Shown here in pieces: positions 46,817 to 59,614 of a stretch of DNA of 64,000 nucleotides. How positions within the stretch are numbered: the first letter of the stretch is position 1; each line of letters begins with the position of its first letter. A program made the translations under genes and the position numbers. The notes below the pieces were generated by a model. The model was given only the letters and a program-made list of their open reading frames with translations, was not told the origin of the DNA and did not search any database. Origin of the DNA: Trichodelitschia bisporula (taxonomy: Eukaryota); assembly GCA_010356995.1 (NCBI GenBank), contig ML996711.1, positions 1 through 64,000 of the forward strand, given 5' to 3'.

Positions 46817-49800
46817 AGTGGGGGCGGGGTTGGCATGTGAGGCGGTGTCTGTGGGGGTGGGAACAGCTTGTAGCACGTTTTGGTCGGTTACGAGTGCACC
46901 TGGTGGGGACTGCATGTAGAACTACGGTATCGGTTTTGCCCTATACCCTTCTGGTCCTGTCTGCGCCCCGCTGCTACAACCTATCGTCTCCCGGCAACGC
47001 CTTCTAGGCAACAAGGATCCGCGGAGCTGGGGCCCGCCTCCGTAGCGTGACGTTGTGCGACTTACGTGCATGGCGAGCCGCCTGTTGGCGTGCCGGCCGA
47101 CTCCCCAATTCCGGAGGCATGCTTGTCGGGACCCCGGCCGTGGATCCCGATCCGGTTATATTTGACATCCCGGCCACACGAATCCCGGTTCTCGGTCAGC
47201 TCACGCGAAATGAGGCGGCAAGATCGCTGTCCATGGCTGGTGTGTGAGACCGCAGCCCCGGGTCCAGCCTTGTACACTGCATGCTCAGGGGTGTTGGAAG
47301 GCGTGTAAGTCTTTCAGAATGCGAACATGGCGCGTGGGCAGGTGCAGGTGAAGCACGCTGCGCCGCGTCTGCGGCGAGCCTGTCGGAATCGCCGGTTCGG
47401 AACCCATTGAGCTCTCGCGAGTCAATTTTTCCTGGCTTGTGCGACGTTCAGCTTCTGGCCACGCGCCGTACGCGGTCTGGCCCAGGTTGAGTGCGCAGCG
47501 GCGTGGAGTTTCTGTCATGAATCACGGATTCTGTCCCTTCCTGTGTGTTTAAACCGCAAAGAGGCCATATCCAACGATATGGAGACAGTGCTGGCGGTGG
47601 GGACAGTGGGGCGCGATTGAAAGACGGTGAGGCTGAAGCGGGGACGCGGAAATGCACAGAAGACCAGTATTCCAGAGGATAGACCTTGCAGGTTCTCCGA
47701 GGGTCCGCCTACACTGCAGATGTCGTCGACGTCAATCTGCACATATGCTTGCATCATTTCGCCCTGCCTTAGCGGCTGCAGCCACAGTCGCTTCAACCGG
47801 AGAAGCAGACCACCACGCGGGATTGGACCTCTGTCGTGGAAGCGGTAAATGGGGAGAGTGGAGGGCGGATAGGATCCTGTAATGGTCGCAAAGGTCATCC
47901 TACCAGGACCCTAGTGTTAGGTATTCAATCAGGCCTACTCTTCACATTAATTAGCTATCGGACCTCCGCATTGACAAGTGAAGCACGATCGACTGAGGAC
48001 TTGAAGTCAATGGAAATCCCGACGGCTTGGTAATAAATGCCAAGTTTCCCCGCCGCAAACCCGATGGAATCGCGGATATTGCCGTCTAGTTCGAGTTCTG
48101 ATGCCCGCGACATAACGTTATCGTGCAGCGATGCGAAAGATCCTCGGAACCGTAAGCAAACATTCCCCAAAAGAAAATGTAACCGAGGGGTCCGAGATGA
48201 ACCTTGGGATGTTCCGCTGCACGTTCTACTGACTTGTTGCACCTTGAAGCACTCCGTGCTCCGCAAAGTGGTGATTGGACGGTTAGTCGACTCAGCTCTT
48301 TATACCTCGTAGTGCTGGTCAAAGATTAACCGACCCCCTGAGCCCACTCGCCGTACTTTGGCAGTTGATAGTTCTTCACCGCAGCCGCCCTTGAAGTAGT
48401 GAACTTCAGTTCCCCACAATAAATTTACGCCAGGTGCGGATCGCGAGAACCAGAATGGAGACTTGCAGTCTCGACCTGCACTTGTGGTCCGCGAATCTCC
48501 ACGGCAATGACTCGCTAGTCCTGTTTGTAATATCGTACCAGTACGGTCGTAGCCACTCTGCTGCATGAGCAACTGAGTCAAGATCGCGGCGACAGCTGTA
48601 CGACGTGAAATTACGCCAATTGTGAATGACGACAAAACGGCACAGTCGAATAAATTCGGGCGGCAAAACTCGGCCCTTTTAAAGCGATCAACACTAACAA
48701 TGAGAAATCACTTACCAGCAAGAGCAGTAAAGAACTACTACCCACAGCTCTTCCATTTCCAATCCGGAGAAGTTGAGAGGCTCACACCGGCTCGTTCATA
48801 CATGTTGTAAACTCCCGGGAAATTAATGGCCGTTAGGGCGCTCCTTGCCTCGATGCAGGGCACCGAGCTAAGCAGTAGAAGACAGGCCGATTGCCGGAAA
48901 TTGCAGGGAATAGCTTTGGAAAGATGGGAATGCGCCAGAACATGCCAAAGCCCCTTCGAGGTGTGGATAAGAAAGCATGGTGGCCTCCATCGAAGAGCGC
49001 TAAATGGCAAGTCATGGCAGAATGTTAATTTCTTGGTCAAGCGGTTGTTGCCGTACCATGAAGCAGGGTGCCAATAATCCGACCATCACATTCTCCTGAG
49101 GATCATCTTCAGCTTAGGTGCACTTCGGGTCTGTTTGCCTGGATATTACAGCCTTGTAAAGTAAGACATACATGCTGTTGCTTTGCGTTAGCAGTAGCGG
49201 CATGGCATCTGATATGGTGAAGAGGCGGTCCTAGCTGTGCGTAAGGCATACCTTGATGCTATGTACGTCGCCTCGTGCCGACCCGCGCACGGATTGGTCA
49301 TGTTTTGCTCGGGAGACATCAAGCCGACAGCGGCCCAGCGCGGGTAAACTTTTGCTGCGGAGGAAAACAAGGTTTAGTGCTCGCCGCGAACCCTACTTCG
49401 CACATCACGTCGGGCTTGAGTAGGAGCCCGGAATGCGGAGATCGTAGCTGGACCTTTCACTTTGTGATTGGCAGGTGGTCAGCAGAGGCCATCGATGATA
49501 ATCAAGTTTTTCCCCCTCCAGGACATATTTTGCATCCTTAGCTGCATACTCAGCAGTTGCCGACGCTACGTGGCGCATGGCCTGCGGGCCTGTCGGTAAA
49601 CAGCCGAGGGGGCATACGAAGTCGTCTTGAAACCTAAAGCCGGACCGCATTTCAGCTCTGGAGGATAGACTATGATCGAAGCAACCTCCGAGAGGACTGG
49701 AAATGGCGGCGTCATCCGTTGGTGCTCCATCATCCAAAGCCAGGCGACGAACTAGAGACGGGAGCCGGGGGGGAAAGGCGTATGATGATGCGCCATCGTG

Positions 49801-51103
49801 ATGATACGGTAGCTGCGTGTCGGGGAAATGTCCGTGTGACTTCTGTTATTTCTTAGTTCCATGCGGTTTGCTGTGCGTGCACAGCCCGTCGGTTTCAACA
49901 CCCAGTAACATGGCTTTGGGATGCGTGGCGTTATCTCCCGTCGGGCACTTGTCAAGGGTGGCTTTTACCTAAGGCTCAGCGGCTGAGGGCGCCGGTGATG
50001 CTTCGCAACAATGTGGTCGAGGGCACGGTTCAGGCCCGCATTTCTAGCGCGGGTACAGCGGGAGTCCCCGTCCGGCAGTGCTTCTGAAGGCGTGGGAAGC
50101 TGAAGCACAGACCGCCCAGGATTGAAGGTGTCTGCACTACTGTTAGACAGTCAGTACACTAGGCCGTACATATGTCTGGAAGAAAACAAAGGAAACGGAA
50201 ATGAGGGCGGTGGGCGCGCACGAGACGCTGCAGAGCCCAAGCCAGCAAGGGTCCGCAAGTGTGGATTAGTATACGCAGTGGTAACCCGTCGACCGTGATG
50301 TGTACGGGGTGTGTGAGAATCCCGGTCTGGTGGGAAAGGCCTGGGGTAGCCCCACGTTCAGTTATCTGCCAAGCTGGAGCGGGTCGAATGCGAATGTCAT
50401 AGTTAGGGAGTTGCTGGATTCCTTGACGGCGGTCCAAAGGAGTGGTCGATGTTGACCTTTTGCTTTGCACCTCTGAGTCCGAAGCGGGAGCATGCCCCGC
50501 TCAACCGCTCTCTCCAGTTGCGCCAAACGCGACGTCTGCTGTGTCTGCCAACTGGGCGGTCTAGTCGCCAAAGTAGTAAATTTTCTCGAAGCAGCAACGG
50601 CTATGTCATATCGCCATGCAGGATGGTGTTTACCGGGGTTCGTTCGCTTCCTGTTCCCTAGTGCGAATTCCAGTCAGTCAAAATGCCCTCCGTCGCGAAA
50701 AGGAAACCCCCAACCGATCGGTTCCTGTCCACATCAGCCAGCTTTCGGCCAAGCTAGACTTCCAACCTCGGGCTGTGAGCATGCCCATATTGTCCAACAG
50801 TCCTAGCTGCGATAGGCCAGCACGATCTGCGGCGAGCCGTGAAGCCCCGCAGCTGGCAAAATCGGGTACCATTGGCGCAGAAGAAGGCGGCCAAACGAGC
50901 AAAATAGTAGCATTCCCTGCATGCCGCCGTGTAAGTAAGCCATGATGGGCAAGGCTGGGGGGAGTCTTCTTGCGCATGGGCGGCTTGGTCCATCGTCATT
51001 CTCTAGCCCCTTGTGCGACTTTAAGCCTCCTCCTACCACTCCTAGGTTATTATCTCAAGACCAGGTGTATCCAGCATTCCGGGTCAGCACGCGCAAAGTC
51101 GAC

Positions 51104-52758
51104 ATGGCAGAAGAAGCTGTGCCGGAAGGGTATTACGAGACGGTGGAAGTCCATGAGCGGACATTCCAGAAGTACTCCATCGATCGCGGAGTCTATCCCG
51201 TTCCCGTAGATGAGGTACGTAGGCTATCATCACATCAAGCTGCTCTTCCCGCGCAAAATATTCGCCTTGTGTCAGCTTGCTATCCCATCACATAAGAGAC
51301 CAGATACTCAACTTCGAACGCACAGGAAGAAGAAGATCGGCTCTCGGCCCAACACGCAGTTTTCCAGGAGCTCTTCGGTGGTAGATTCTACTTCGTGCCA
51401 CTTCAGTACCCTCGACAAGTCCTAGACTGTGGGTATGGTCAAGCCCACTGGGCAGTGTCGTTTGCTCAAACATATGGCAGCAGCGAGGTAAGTTGCTGGT
51501 CGTCTCTCATCGCAATTACCCCGCAGCGCCCTGAGGAACCGCTTGACCGCGACCGCCCCCCGTTCAGCGCACTCGATGGGTTGGTGGGTGAACTTGTGAA
51601 AGGATACGAAGCCGGGCATCTTCGTCTCCGCCGCATCAAGTCCTTCAAAAGACCGAAAAAGACAGGCTAACCGTCATGCCGGACAGGTTACGGCCATTGA
51701 CATCTGGCCTGCTGATATCGCTGACGAACCGGACAATTTGTCTCTCGAGGTCTGGAACCTGAACGAATCTTTGATCCCGACATACAAACCGAATCACTAC
51801 GACTTCATCCATTCCCGTTGCGTAGGGCCCGGAATTCACACAGACCGATGGCGCGGCTATGTGCACGAACTCGCGCGTTTGTTGAAGCGTGACGGCTGGC
51901 TGCAGATGGCCGAATTTTACTACAATATCCAATCCGACAGTGGCAGACTGACTGACCAACATGCACTCCACCAGTGGGGTGCCAATTACAGGGCTGCGCT
52001 AGAGCGTGACAGAGATCCCAGAGTAGGAAGGAGCTTGGTTGAGAAATTACGGCAGGCGGGATTGAGAGAGGTACAGCACAGGATGTTTCAGGTACCAATT
52101 GGTGCGTGGCCCACAGGTACGTCAGACTTCCGCATCGTCTCCTGAGTCGGGTAGCAGTGGATGATCCATCGGAGTTTGAGCGATTTCAAGTCCAGCTCTT
52201 AAAGATGCCCGGCCCGGACCGTCGGAAACGGCAAGATCCATGCGATTTCCACCGGGTCGGGGCATTAGTGCGGGAACCTTATCTCACCACATTCCGAACA
52301 TCTTTGCCAAGTTTGCGGTCTTCGAAATTTAGAGGCAGAGCACTGGTTGTCGAATGGGTAACTAAGATAACAGCAGCTTCACCGCGAAGTCTCGGGGTTG
52401 CATCGATGGCTTCAAGACTCGGGCCTCGCTAATTGCACTTCGTTGGCGCCATTGCGTCTTGGAGACTGCAGTCCGTGTGCTGATATTTTGATACTCGCAG
52501 ATCCCACCCAGCGCCGGATTGGAGAACTGAACCTCGACAACATTAAAGCAATGCTCGAGTCTCACGCGATGTGGCCTTTCACATCTCGCCTCGGTTGGAC
52601 CAGGGAGCAGGTGGTTTGGCTCACGGAACGCGCGAAGCAAGAGGCAGAAGACGTGACTCTCAGGCTCTATATCCCGTTGTTAGTTGACGACATTGCTGTT
52701 CGCGAGGACTGGAACTAATGAGCTGAGCAGATACGTGGCCTGGGGCCGAAAGCGATAG
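51104..52758 (+). CDS. LaeA-like SAM-dependent methyltransferase, 5 exons (51104-51214, 51326-51487, 51687-52117, 52501-~52678, 52731-52758)
   Basis: YPVPVDE|EEEDRLSAQH, VLDCGYG...W, VTAIDIW, WNLNESL, YDFIHSR, LLKRDGWLQMAE, QVPIGAWP, ends YVAWGRKR*. Confidence 0.88.
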
Positions 52759-55455
52759 CCAAAGCTGCAAGGCGGCCTCGTCTTGCTGGCAGCGCCACAA
52801 ATACCAGGTGTTGGCCCTGACTTTTTGGTGTCGGAGGTCGTTTCTTCTTTGGCTCAAGACTGATTCCTAGAACGTAAAGCTCCATCTAGTATCAACCCGG
52901 TGTGGGAATGACAGCTTCAGGTACCTGCGTGGTCTCTCAGTTTCAACCCATACTCCTCAAGCGTGCTTTTCTGCCTCGCCTCGTCGAGCTGATGGCTGAG
53001 TGGCGATGTTGACTTGCTAGGCGTCGATTTTGAAGTTGAATGGAACTTTGTTCGACGTGATTTGCAGGCCGATATTCAACTTCAACTGCCCCCGACATCA
53101 GACGAAGTAGCGAACAGAACCGACCACGCTTCGCTGGGAGGAAAAGAGGAAGGAACCGCCGCCTCGGCTACCATTCACCATCATAGACAATCGTCAAGAT
53201 GATGTAAGGACATGGAATCCAGTGTAGAATACGAAAGAACAAGCCGAAGGCCAACAAACGCAGATACCCTCAAAGCGGCATCGAAGCCCGAGTGTTTCCT
53301 GGTGTGAGAAGTAAAAAGGGAGGCAGGTTTCCAACCAAGAGTGGCAAGCGGGACCTAGCGGGGGCCTTTGACCCAGTATGTCGGGACAGAAACTTTTGTT
53401 TTCACTACGAGTCTGATGAACTGCGGGGTGTGAGGGAGTTAAGAAGAGGATATCGAGTTGTTGGTGCATGACAAAGAGGTTTGCGCTGTGAAGGATGGAA
53501 GATGGTTGTGTTGTCATCAGTCTCAGGTGTCGTCGGATTGGAGGAAGGTGGCGATGCGGGAGGAGCTTCAAGAGATGTCGACGTCTTCTCTCTCGCCTTC
53601 TTTCTCACGAAGCAAAGAGAGAAAGGCGCGACGCGATGAGGCAAAGAGAAAGCAAGATTCGAAGTTGATGTCACTTTGGGTGTTTCTTCTTCTCATCTTT
53701 GGCTTCTCCCTTCAGCCGTTCACCCGACCCTCCTTCCTTCCTTCCCCTCCCCCTTCCCCGCCTTCCTCCCAACACCCCTCCCTCCAATGCAATGCCCCCA
53801 GCGCAAGCAACTCAGCGCGAATTGCTGCAAGGAAAAATCATCCATACGGAGTGATTTCCCATCTCTCCAACCAAGGGCATCCTCCTACGCCTCCTCCGAA
53901 ATACGCTCTGGCATCTCCGCTTGATTATTAGCATTTCCTGCACCTCGAACGCCACATCCATCCCCGAGCTTTCCCGAATCCAGCGCTATTGGGTACCAGC
54001 GTATTCGGTGCACCTTGCTACCGGTGTATCGCGTGCAGGAGACTTCTCCGCATTTTACTAGCCTTACCGTAGGCTGATTCTTCGACTGGAAGCGAACACC
54101 ACCAGCTACGGCATGGCTGTTGAGCCGAACCATGGCGCCGTTCCAAGGTCCTGCAGCCATGGGGTTGGGTCATGCAGCAGCCAACCTCACATCACCCATG
54201 AAAGCAGTCGCCAGCGCGTTTAACTATCTTGAGCGAGTTTATCCCTCGCAGAAACATGCAGAGTGTCTATTTTCAGGTCAGGCAAGCGGAAACCACTAAC
54301 ATACCTTCCCAGCATTGGCAGGCTCGGCAAACCCGCATCTCTGGTCAAACCCGTGATGAGCCATCGACGGCAAAGCAGCCGCATGGCCGCCATCGTGATG
54401 ATCACAAGCCACGTCACAAAGCTTTACTTCGGAGCACATGGACTTTGGCGCTTAGCATGTCCAAACGAAGATTAGGCTGGAATAAGCGCCATGCGGGGAG
54501 ATGCTCCCGCCGGCTAGCGGATGGGCAGATAGAAAGTCTTCAGGGGTTTTAGCTGGGCACCCAGAACGCAGGGAGTACGACTGCATATGGCGAAGGGTGA
54601 CTTCCATCCTATCTATGGGAAGTAAGGGGAAATGAACATCAGCCATTTGGCATTCATATTCTGCCTTATCTCCAAGTCTGCACAAAAATCGTGAAAGGTA
54701 GGTGGGTGGAGAATGCTTCCAAGGAATTCAAGATGTTAGCCGAAGTTCTCGAGTCTATTCGAAATTCCGCTGCATCAGTCCAGACTTGCAGCGTGCATAT
54801 CTTCGGTGTTCGAGCTGCATATTCAACCACCGAAAACGCGATAGGTCTTCGGCTCCGCCCAATGGCCAAGGAAAGCGCGAAGAGAACGTTGCATCTCACA
54901 AGCTGCGATTCGATGGGTTAAGCGTGCAACGACTTTTTCGGGTCGGCTTTTGGCTCAATCCCTTGTAATCGAGCCTGGAACGACGTCTAGCTGCCAGCAA
55001 TCATGTCCAATCGCGTAGGAGCGCGAGCCGTGTGGAAAGCCTCTTCCGGATATATGCAGTATTCCTGCTTCAATTCTGGCCTGTTTGTGATGATGAGCAC
55101 AGGTTTTCGGAAGTTCTGGCCAACCCAGCAGCTTACATACCCGGATGTCAAGCGCTTGCTTGGGACTCGGGCCTTTCTTATAAGGCATAGTCTGAACAAC
55201 TTTGAACGGATTGTTTAAGATGCTGCCGTCTATGTACCCCATCCTAGCGCATTGGTCCGCAGTTTCTCCGCCGTCGGAGATGCCCGTGCCCGGCGATGAA
55301 TGACCCTACACTGCAATCAAACTACTATGACTGAAATTGCAGCACAGCAATGCTGCGCACTCGGAATCGAATTTTCCGAATGCCTTTTAAAGTTCACCAT
55401 AACTCTAAAAGGTGCGGTTCTGCCGAACCAGTCTTGACGAGTCGTGCAGATCGCA

Positions 55456-56835
55456 ATGGCTTCAATCCAACACCTCCACGTTATGCTTTTCCTCTTCTGG
55501 CTCCCGTGCATCAGTGCCATGGTACCGGGGGGAGCTTCTTGGGCCCTGGAGAACTTCAAGAGCCTAGTCACATTCGGAGACAGCTACACTGACGAAGTGA
55601 GGATGAGCTACATCGGTCAGCATGGCGGAATCACCCCTCCGATTGGCTGGGTACCGCCAGTGGTAAGGCTCTCGAAATTCTCTTCTACCTGCATGCATAT
55701 GGCGCCATGTTCTTAATGCTGCAACTGCATGAACGTCTGCTTTTGAATGTCGTTCATGTAAAGCTATATGCTCGTGTTCACGTCCGATCTTGTTTCGACC
55801 AATGGCTTTGATTACTTTTTGATGCTACGCCTTAGTGCGCGGCGGTCTCATTCTAGCCTGCTTCCCCGCTGCCATGTTGAGTGACGTGTCTGGCGTTCTT
55901 TCCCTATATGGTCTACTAGCACGAGCTCATTTCTAAAAAGGGAAACTCTGCATCCAGCCCCGCGCCATGGGCTCGCTATGTCTCCTACTATACCGGCGCA
56001 CAGCTCTACAACTACGCCGTCAGTGGGGCCGTTTGTTCTAACGCCATCACCCCGCGATCAGCCTCGTCGTCGTATCTCTTTCCATCAGTTGCTGAGTACG
56101 AGATCCCCGCCTTTGTCGCGGATAAAAAATACTTCAAAACCCAGGGTGGACCTAACTCCGTCGCCGCGCCAGTCGACGATAGCACCGTCTATGCGCTCTG
56201 GATTGGAACGAACGATCTTGGCAATAATGCGTTGCTTACGGACTCTCAAGTCAAGGGGAAGACGATAGCTGACTACGTTGATTGCGTTTACGAGTCGTTT
56301 GATAAGCTGTATGCTGATGGTGCGCGGTACTTCATCCTCATGAACCTGGTCCCGCTGGAACTGGCGCCGCAGTATGCAACGCCTGAGAAAGGAGGTCTGG
56401 GGAAAACTCAGTTCTGGTCAGATAAGCCAGAAAACGTCACCGAAGTGAGCTACCGGATGAAAGAGATGGTGGTTGGGGTCAACGAGCTATTCAAGTACCG
56501 CACACCATATGAAGTATGCTTGGCAAACCGGTGGAAAGGAGCGAATGTGGCTTTGTATGATGTCCACCGCTTGGTACGTGCTTTCCAGCACAAATCTCCC
56601 CCAGATGTTAACCGGACTGATGTAGTTCGCCGACATTTACCACAACCCATCCAAGTACCTCAACGGCACTACCCCGCCCAACGTCACCGCTAGCCCGCCG
56701 ACGGCTTCCACGAGTCCAGATTCATATATGTGGGCCGATGCCCTACACCCCTCGCAACAGGTGCAGCGCCTCGTCGCGCAGGAGTTCACACGCGTAGTTA
56801 ATGGGAGCAGCAGTTATGCCGCGTACTGGAAGTAG
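55456..56835 (+). CDS. Secreted GDSL/SGNH esterase (CE16-like acetylesterase), 3 exons (55456-55662, 55941-56573, 56626-56835)
   Basis: Signal peptide, FGDSYTD (block I), YNYAVSGAVCSN (block II), WIGTNDLG (block III), WADALHPS (block V). Confidence 0.9.
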
Positions 56836-56892
56836 AAGTATCACCACCGCAAGCCATCATAAACAAAATCAAACACCAACCGCATCTTCTTC

Positions 56893-57525
56893 TCATTCAC
56901 CACTGCCTGTCGATTTCACCTCAATACGTGCCTCCGCCTCACGTGCATCCCTGAAGTTCCCCGCCTGACGTCCCGCTAACGTCAGCACCTCCTCTCCCAC
57001 CTCCTTGCCATCCTCAGCCGGGATGAAACCCCGAATCACCCGCTCCACATACGTCTCTGGCACGCCGCACGCCAACGCATCCGCCACACCGCGGTTCATC
57101 CGGTACACGTACTCCTTCCTCGGGACGTCAGGCACCGTTCTCTTGCGATCGATATAAACAAGAACCTCGCACTGGACCGTTGGCAGGGTAATATCGACCG
57201 GTTCGTCCGCCCATCCCGCCGGCCAGTAGTCTGCACTGACGTAGGCCTTCTCGTAGGCGTGCGGCACGCCTTCATTTATGTCTAGCGCCGCTTCGTCGGC
57301 GGGAGTTAGGGCGTAGGTTAGGGCCCAGACGTGGGAGGTGTCAGGGGTCTCGAGGGTGTTGGGGAGTTTGGCGACGTTGGCGTACCCTCGTGAATTGATG
57401 AGCCAGTAGTAGCCATGGAGCCGGGCGAGGCCGGTGTAGGGCGAAGAAGGACAGCGGCGGGCCATTTGGGCGAGCCAGAGATTGGAGCCGTAAGCGAAGT
57501 AGAGAGTTGAACTTGAGTGGGACAT
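56893..57525 (-). CDS. Gamma-glutamylcyclotransferase-like (GGCT/AIG2-like) protein
   Basis: LYFAYGSNL, RGYANV, LDINEGVPHAY, YVYRMNRG; intronless, 210 aa. Confidence 0.88.
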   Translation of the reverse strand: MSHSSSTLYFAYGSNLWLAQMARRCPSSPYTGLARLHGYYWLINSRGYANVAKLPNTLETPDTSHVWALTYALTPADEAALDINEGVPHAYEKAYVSADYWPAGWADEPVDITLPTVQCEVLVYIDRKRTVPDVPRKEYVYRMNRGVADALACGVPETYVERVIRGFIPAEDGKEVGEEVLTLAGRQAGNFRDAREAEARIEVKSTGSGE

Positions 57526-58030
57526 GGTGGAAGAGGGAGAGGAGGGAATTGGGTCTTGGAGGAAGTGGTGATACCCGAAGCTGAGATTTGATACCGGCTT
57601 CCGCGGCTGGCTATGTAGCTTTTATGAGATGCAATGTCTAGTCCTTCGCTCGAATCTCTTATGTGCTTTAAGCAACAATTGCCCAAGTATCAAGTGAGAT
57701 CCGGTGCCGTGACGTCCGCCTCCATCCGAGGTCACGATGTCCCCGCACTCAAAATAGCGCCACAACGCCAAGCACTCACCATGGCAACCGCGCCCTTAAG
57801 CCACACACCACACCCGACAGGCAAACAAGCCAGCCACTCACAAGCGCAGCAGCCGTGAACTTGCTTCTGTTGTGTTTTTCCCTTCTGCCACACCTTCCGA
57901 AACCTCTTCCCTTCTATCTCAACTTCACTTCCTTCCCCGCTGCCATAACTATCTCACTCTTCCCAAAAACGCTGCTGCAAACCCGCCAGTCCAGACTTCC
58001 GCACCTGTCCCGACCCATCTCCATCTAAAA

Positions 58031-58765
58031 ATGGTACGTACCTCCCCCGCCCTGGCTCCCAAAACGGCGGGCAGCGCCGCCGCTTCTCGCCCCCGTCCGT
58101 TGATCCCCCATCTCCATCTCCATTCCCATCACCACAATCCGCACAACCCCTAGAACACCCTTTCCTCACGCTTCTCATCTCTTCAAACCCGCGCAATGGC
58201 CAAAGACTCACACCCCACGCAGGCCAGCACAAACTACAAGGAGGCATTCAGCCTGTTCGACAAGCGGGGCACGGGGCGCGTCTCGCTCGACAGCCTGGGC
58301 GACCTGCTGCGTGCCTGCGGGCAAAACCCCACGCTCGCCGAGATCACCGAGCTGGAGAAGAGCGCGGGCAGCGACTGTGAGCTTTGCCTCCTTCCCTCTC
58401 CCGCAAAAACACCCAAGCCTAGCGATGCTGACTGTGTGGCTAGTCGACTTCGACACCTTCCAGCGCATCCTCAACCGGCCCGGCGGCTTCCGCGAGCCCG
58501 GCGAGCCGGAGGAGTACTGCCGCGGCTTCCAGGTCTTCGACAAGGACATGACGGGCTTTATTGGCGTCGGCCAGCTGCGCTACATCCTCACGAACTTGGG
58601 CGAGAAGATGTCGGATGAGGAGGTTGATGAGCTGCTCAAGGCGGTGGATACCAGCTCGGGCGAGATCAATTACACCGGTGAGTTTTATTCTATTCGCCCT
58701 GCCGGCTGGCTTATGGACGATTGCTGATGTGGGCAGATCTCGTACGCACGATCCTTGCGAACTAG
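58031..58765 (+). CDS. cdc4: Myosin essential light chain (EF-hand), 4 exons; exon 1 is the ATG alone
   Basis: M|ASTNYKEAFSLFDKRGTGRVSLDSLGDLLRACGQNPTLAEI, FQVFDKDMTGFIGVGQLRYILTNLGEKMSDEEVDELLK. Confidence 0.93.
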
Positions 58766-59614
58766 CCGCGATCTGGGGTTTTTCTTTTGTCGGTCAAGCG
58801 CGCTTGGGCATTGATGGCGTTAAGGCGCGTTCCTGGTCTGGGTCTTCGGCCGGACTCGGTTGGCGTGCTGGTGGGACGCTGGACGAGGAGGTGCGGCGAT
58901 GATGCTAGTACGATTTTATCTGTGCGATAGCCACGTTTCTCTCTAGCTGGGGGAGCTTGGAACAATAATGCGATCCTGTCTCCCTTCAGAACTTTCCTCG
59001 ATCGTGAAGCAAGGGGCACAGTGAAGTGGTTTCTGACGGACATGTCAGAAGTGCAACAGAGGGTTTCATTCATCATCATCATAAAGATATGCTCCTCGCT
59101 TCTACGGGGGTTAACGTTGAGTCTAGTCTCTAACCGCCCGATAGGCTCACATCTCTACAAGCAGATCACCTGGCCAAACGCAGGGCCCGATGGCCTTCTG
59201 GAGCGTACACACTCAGGATTGAAGCGCGAACTTGGCTCGGCTGTGTTTCATGCGTGGGCTATGGTGGTGATGTGACTTCTGCTCCGGTCTGATCTTTACG
59301 GGGCGGATCAATTCGGAGCAAGAATAATATCCTACCAAAGCCCAGGAGTGAAGCCCAGACGAGCCGAGTTTGTGCTTGTGCTGAGTACAGTCGGCTCAGG
59401 GGAGAGTACAAGAGGAGACGAAAGCATCCACAGAACACCGATACATGCAAGACGATCCAAGCCACTCCAAACCATGCAAAGCCCCATAATTTTATGCACG
59501 TCCTCTCCACGTACCCGGGACAACGCCACTATCAAACATGACGCCGAACGCTAGCCAGTTAAACACCCATAGAAGATGAACAGAAGAGAAGAAGTATGCA
59601 TGGAAACTCATGGA

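Noticed and set aside
46900..51000. Many short ORFs in the 4 kb interval before the methyltransferase
   Set aside because: No motifs, coding bias or transposase/reverse transcriptase signatures; treated as intergenic.
51104..57525. Secondary-metabolite cluster (methyltransferase, esterase, GliK-like GGCT)
   Set aside because: No PKS, NRPS, terpene synthase or transporter in the window, and the genes are flanked by housekeeping loci.
58196..58222. Alternative cdc4 start MAKDSHPTQ
   Set aside because: It lies within intron 1 (CTCAC branch site, CAG acceptor); ATG|GTACGT at 58031 gives the expected MASTNYKEAF start.
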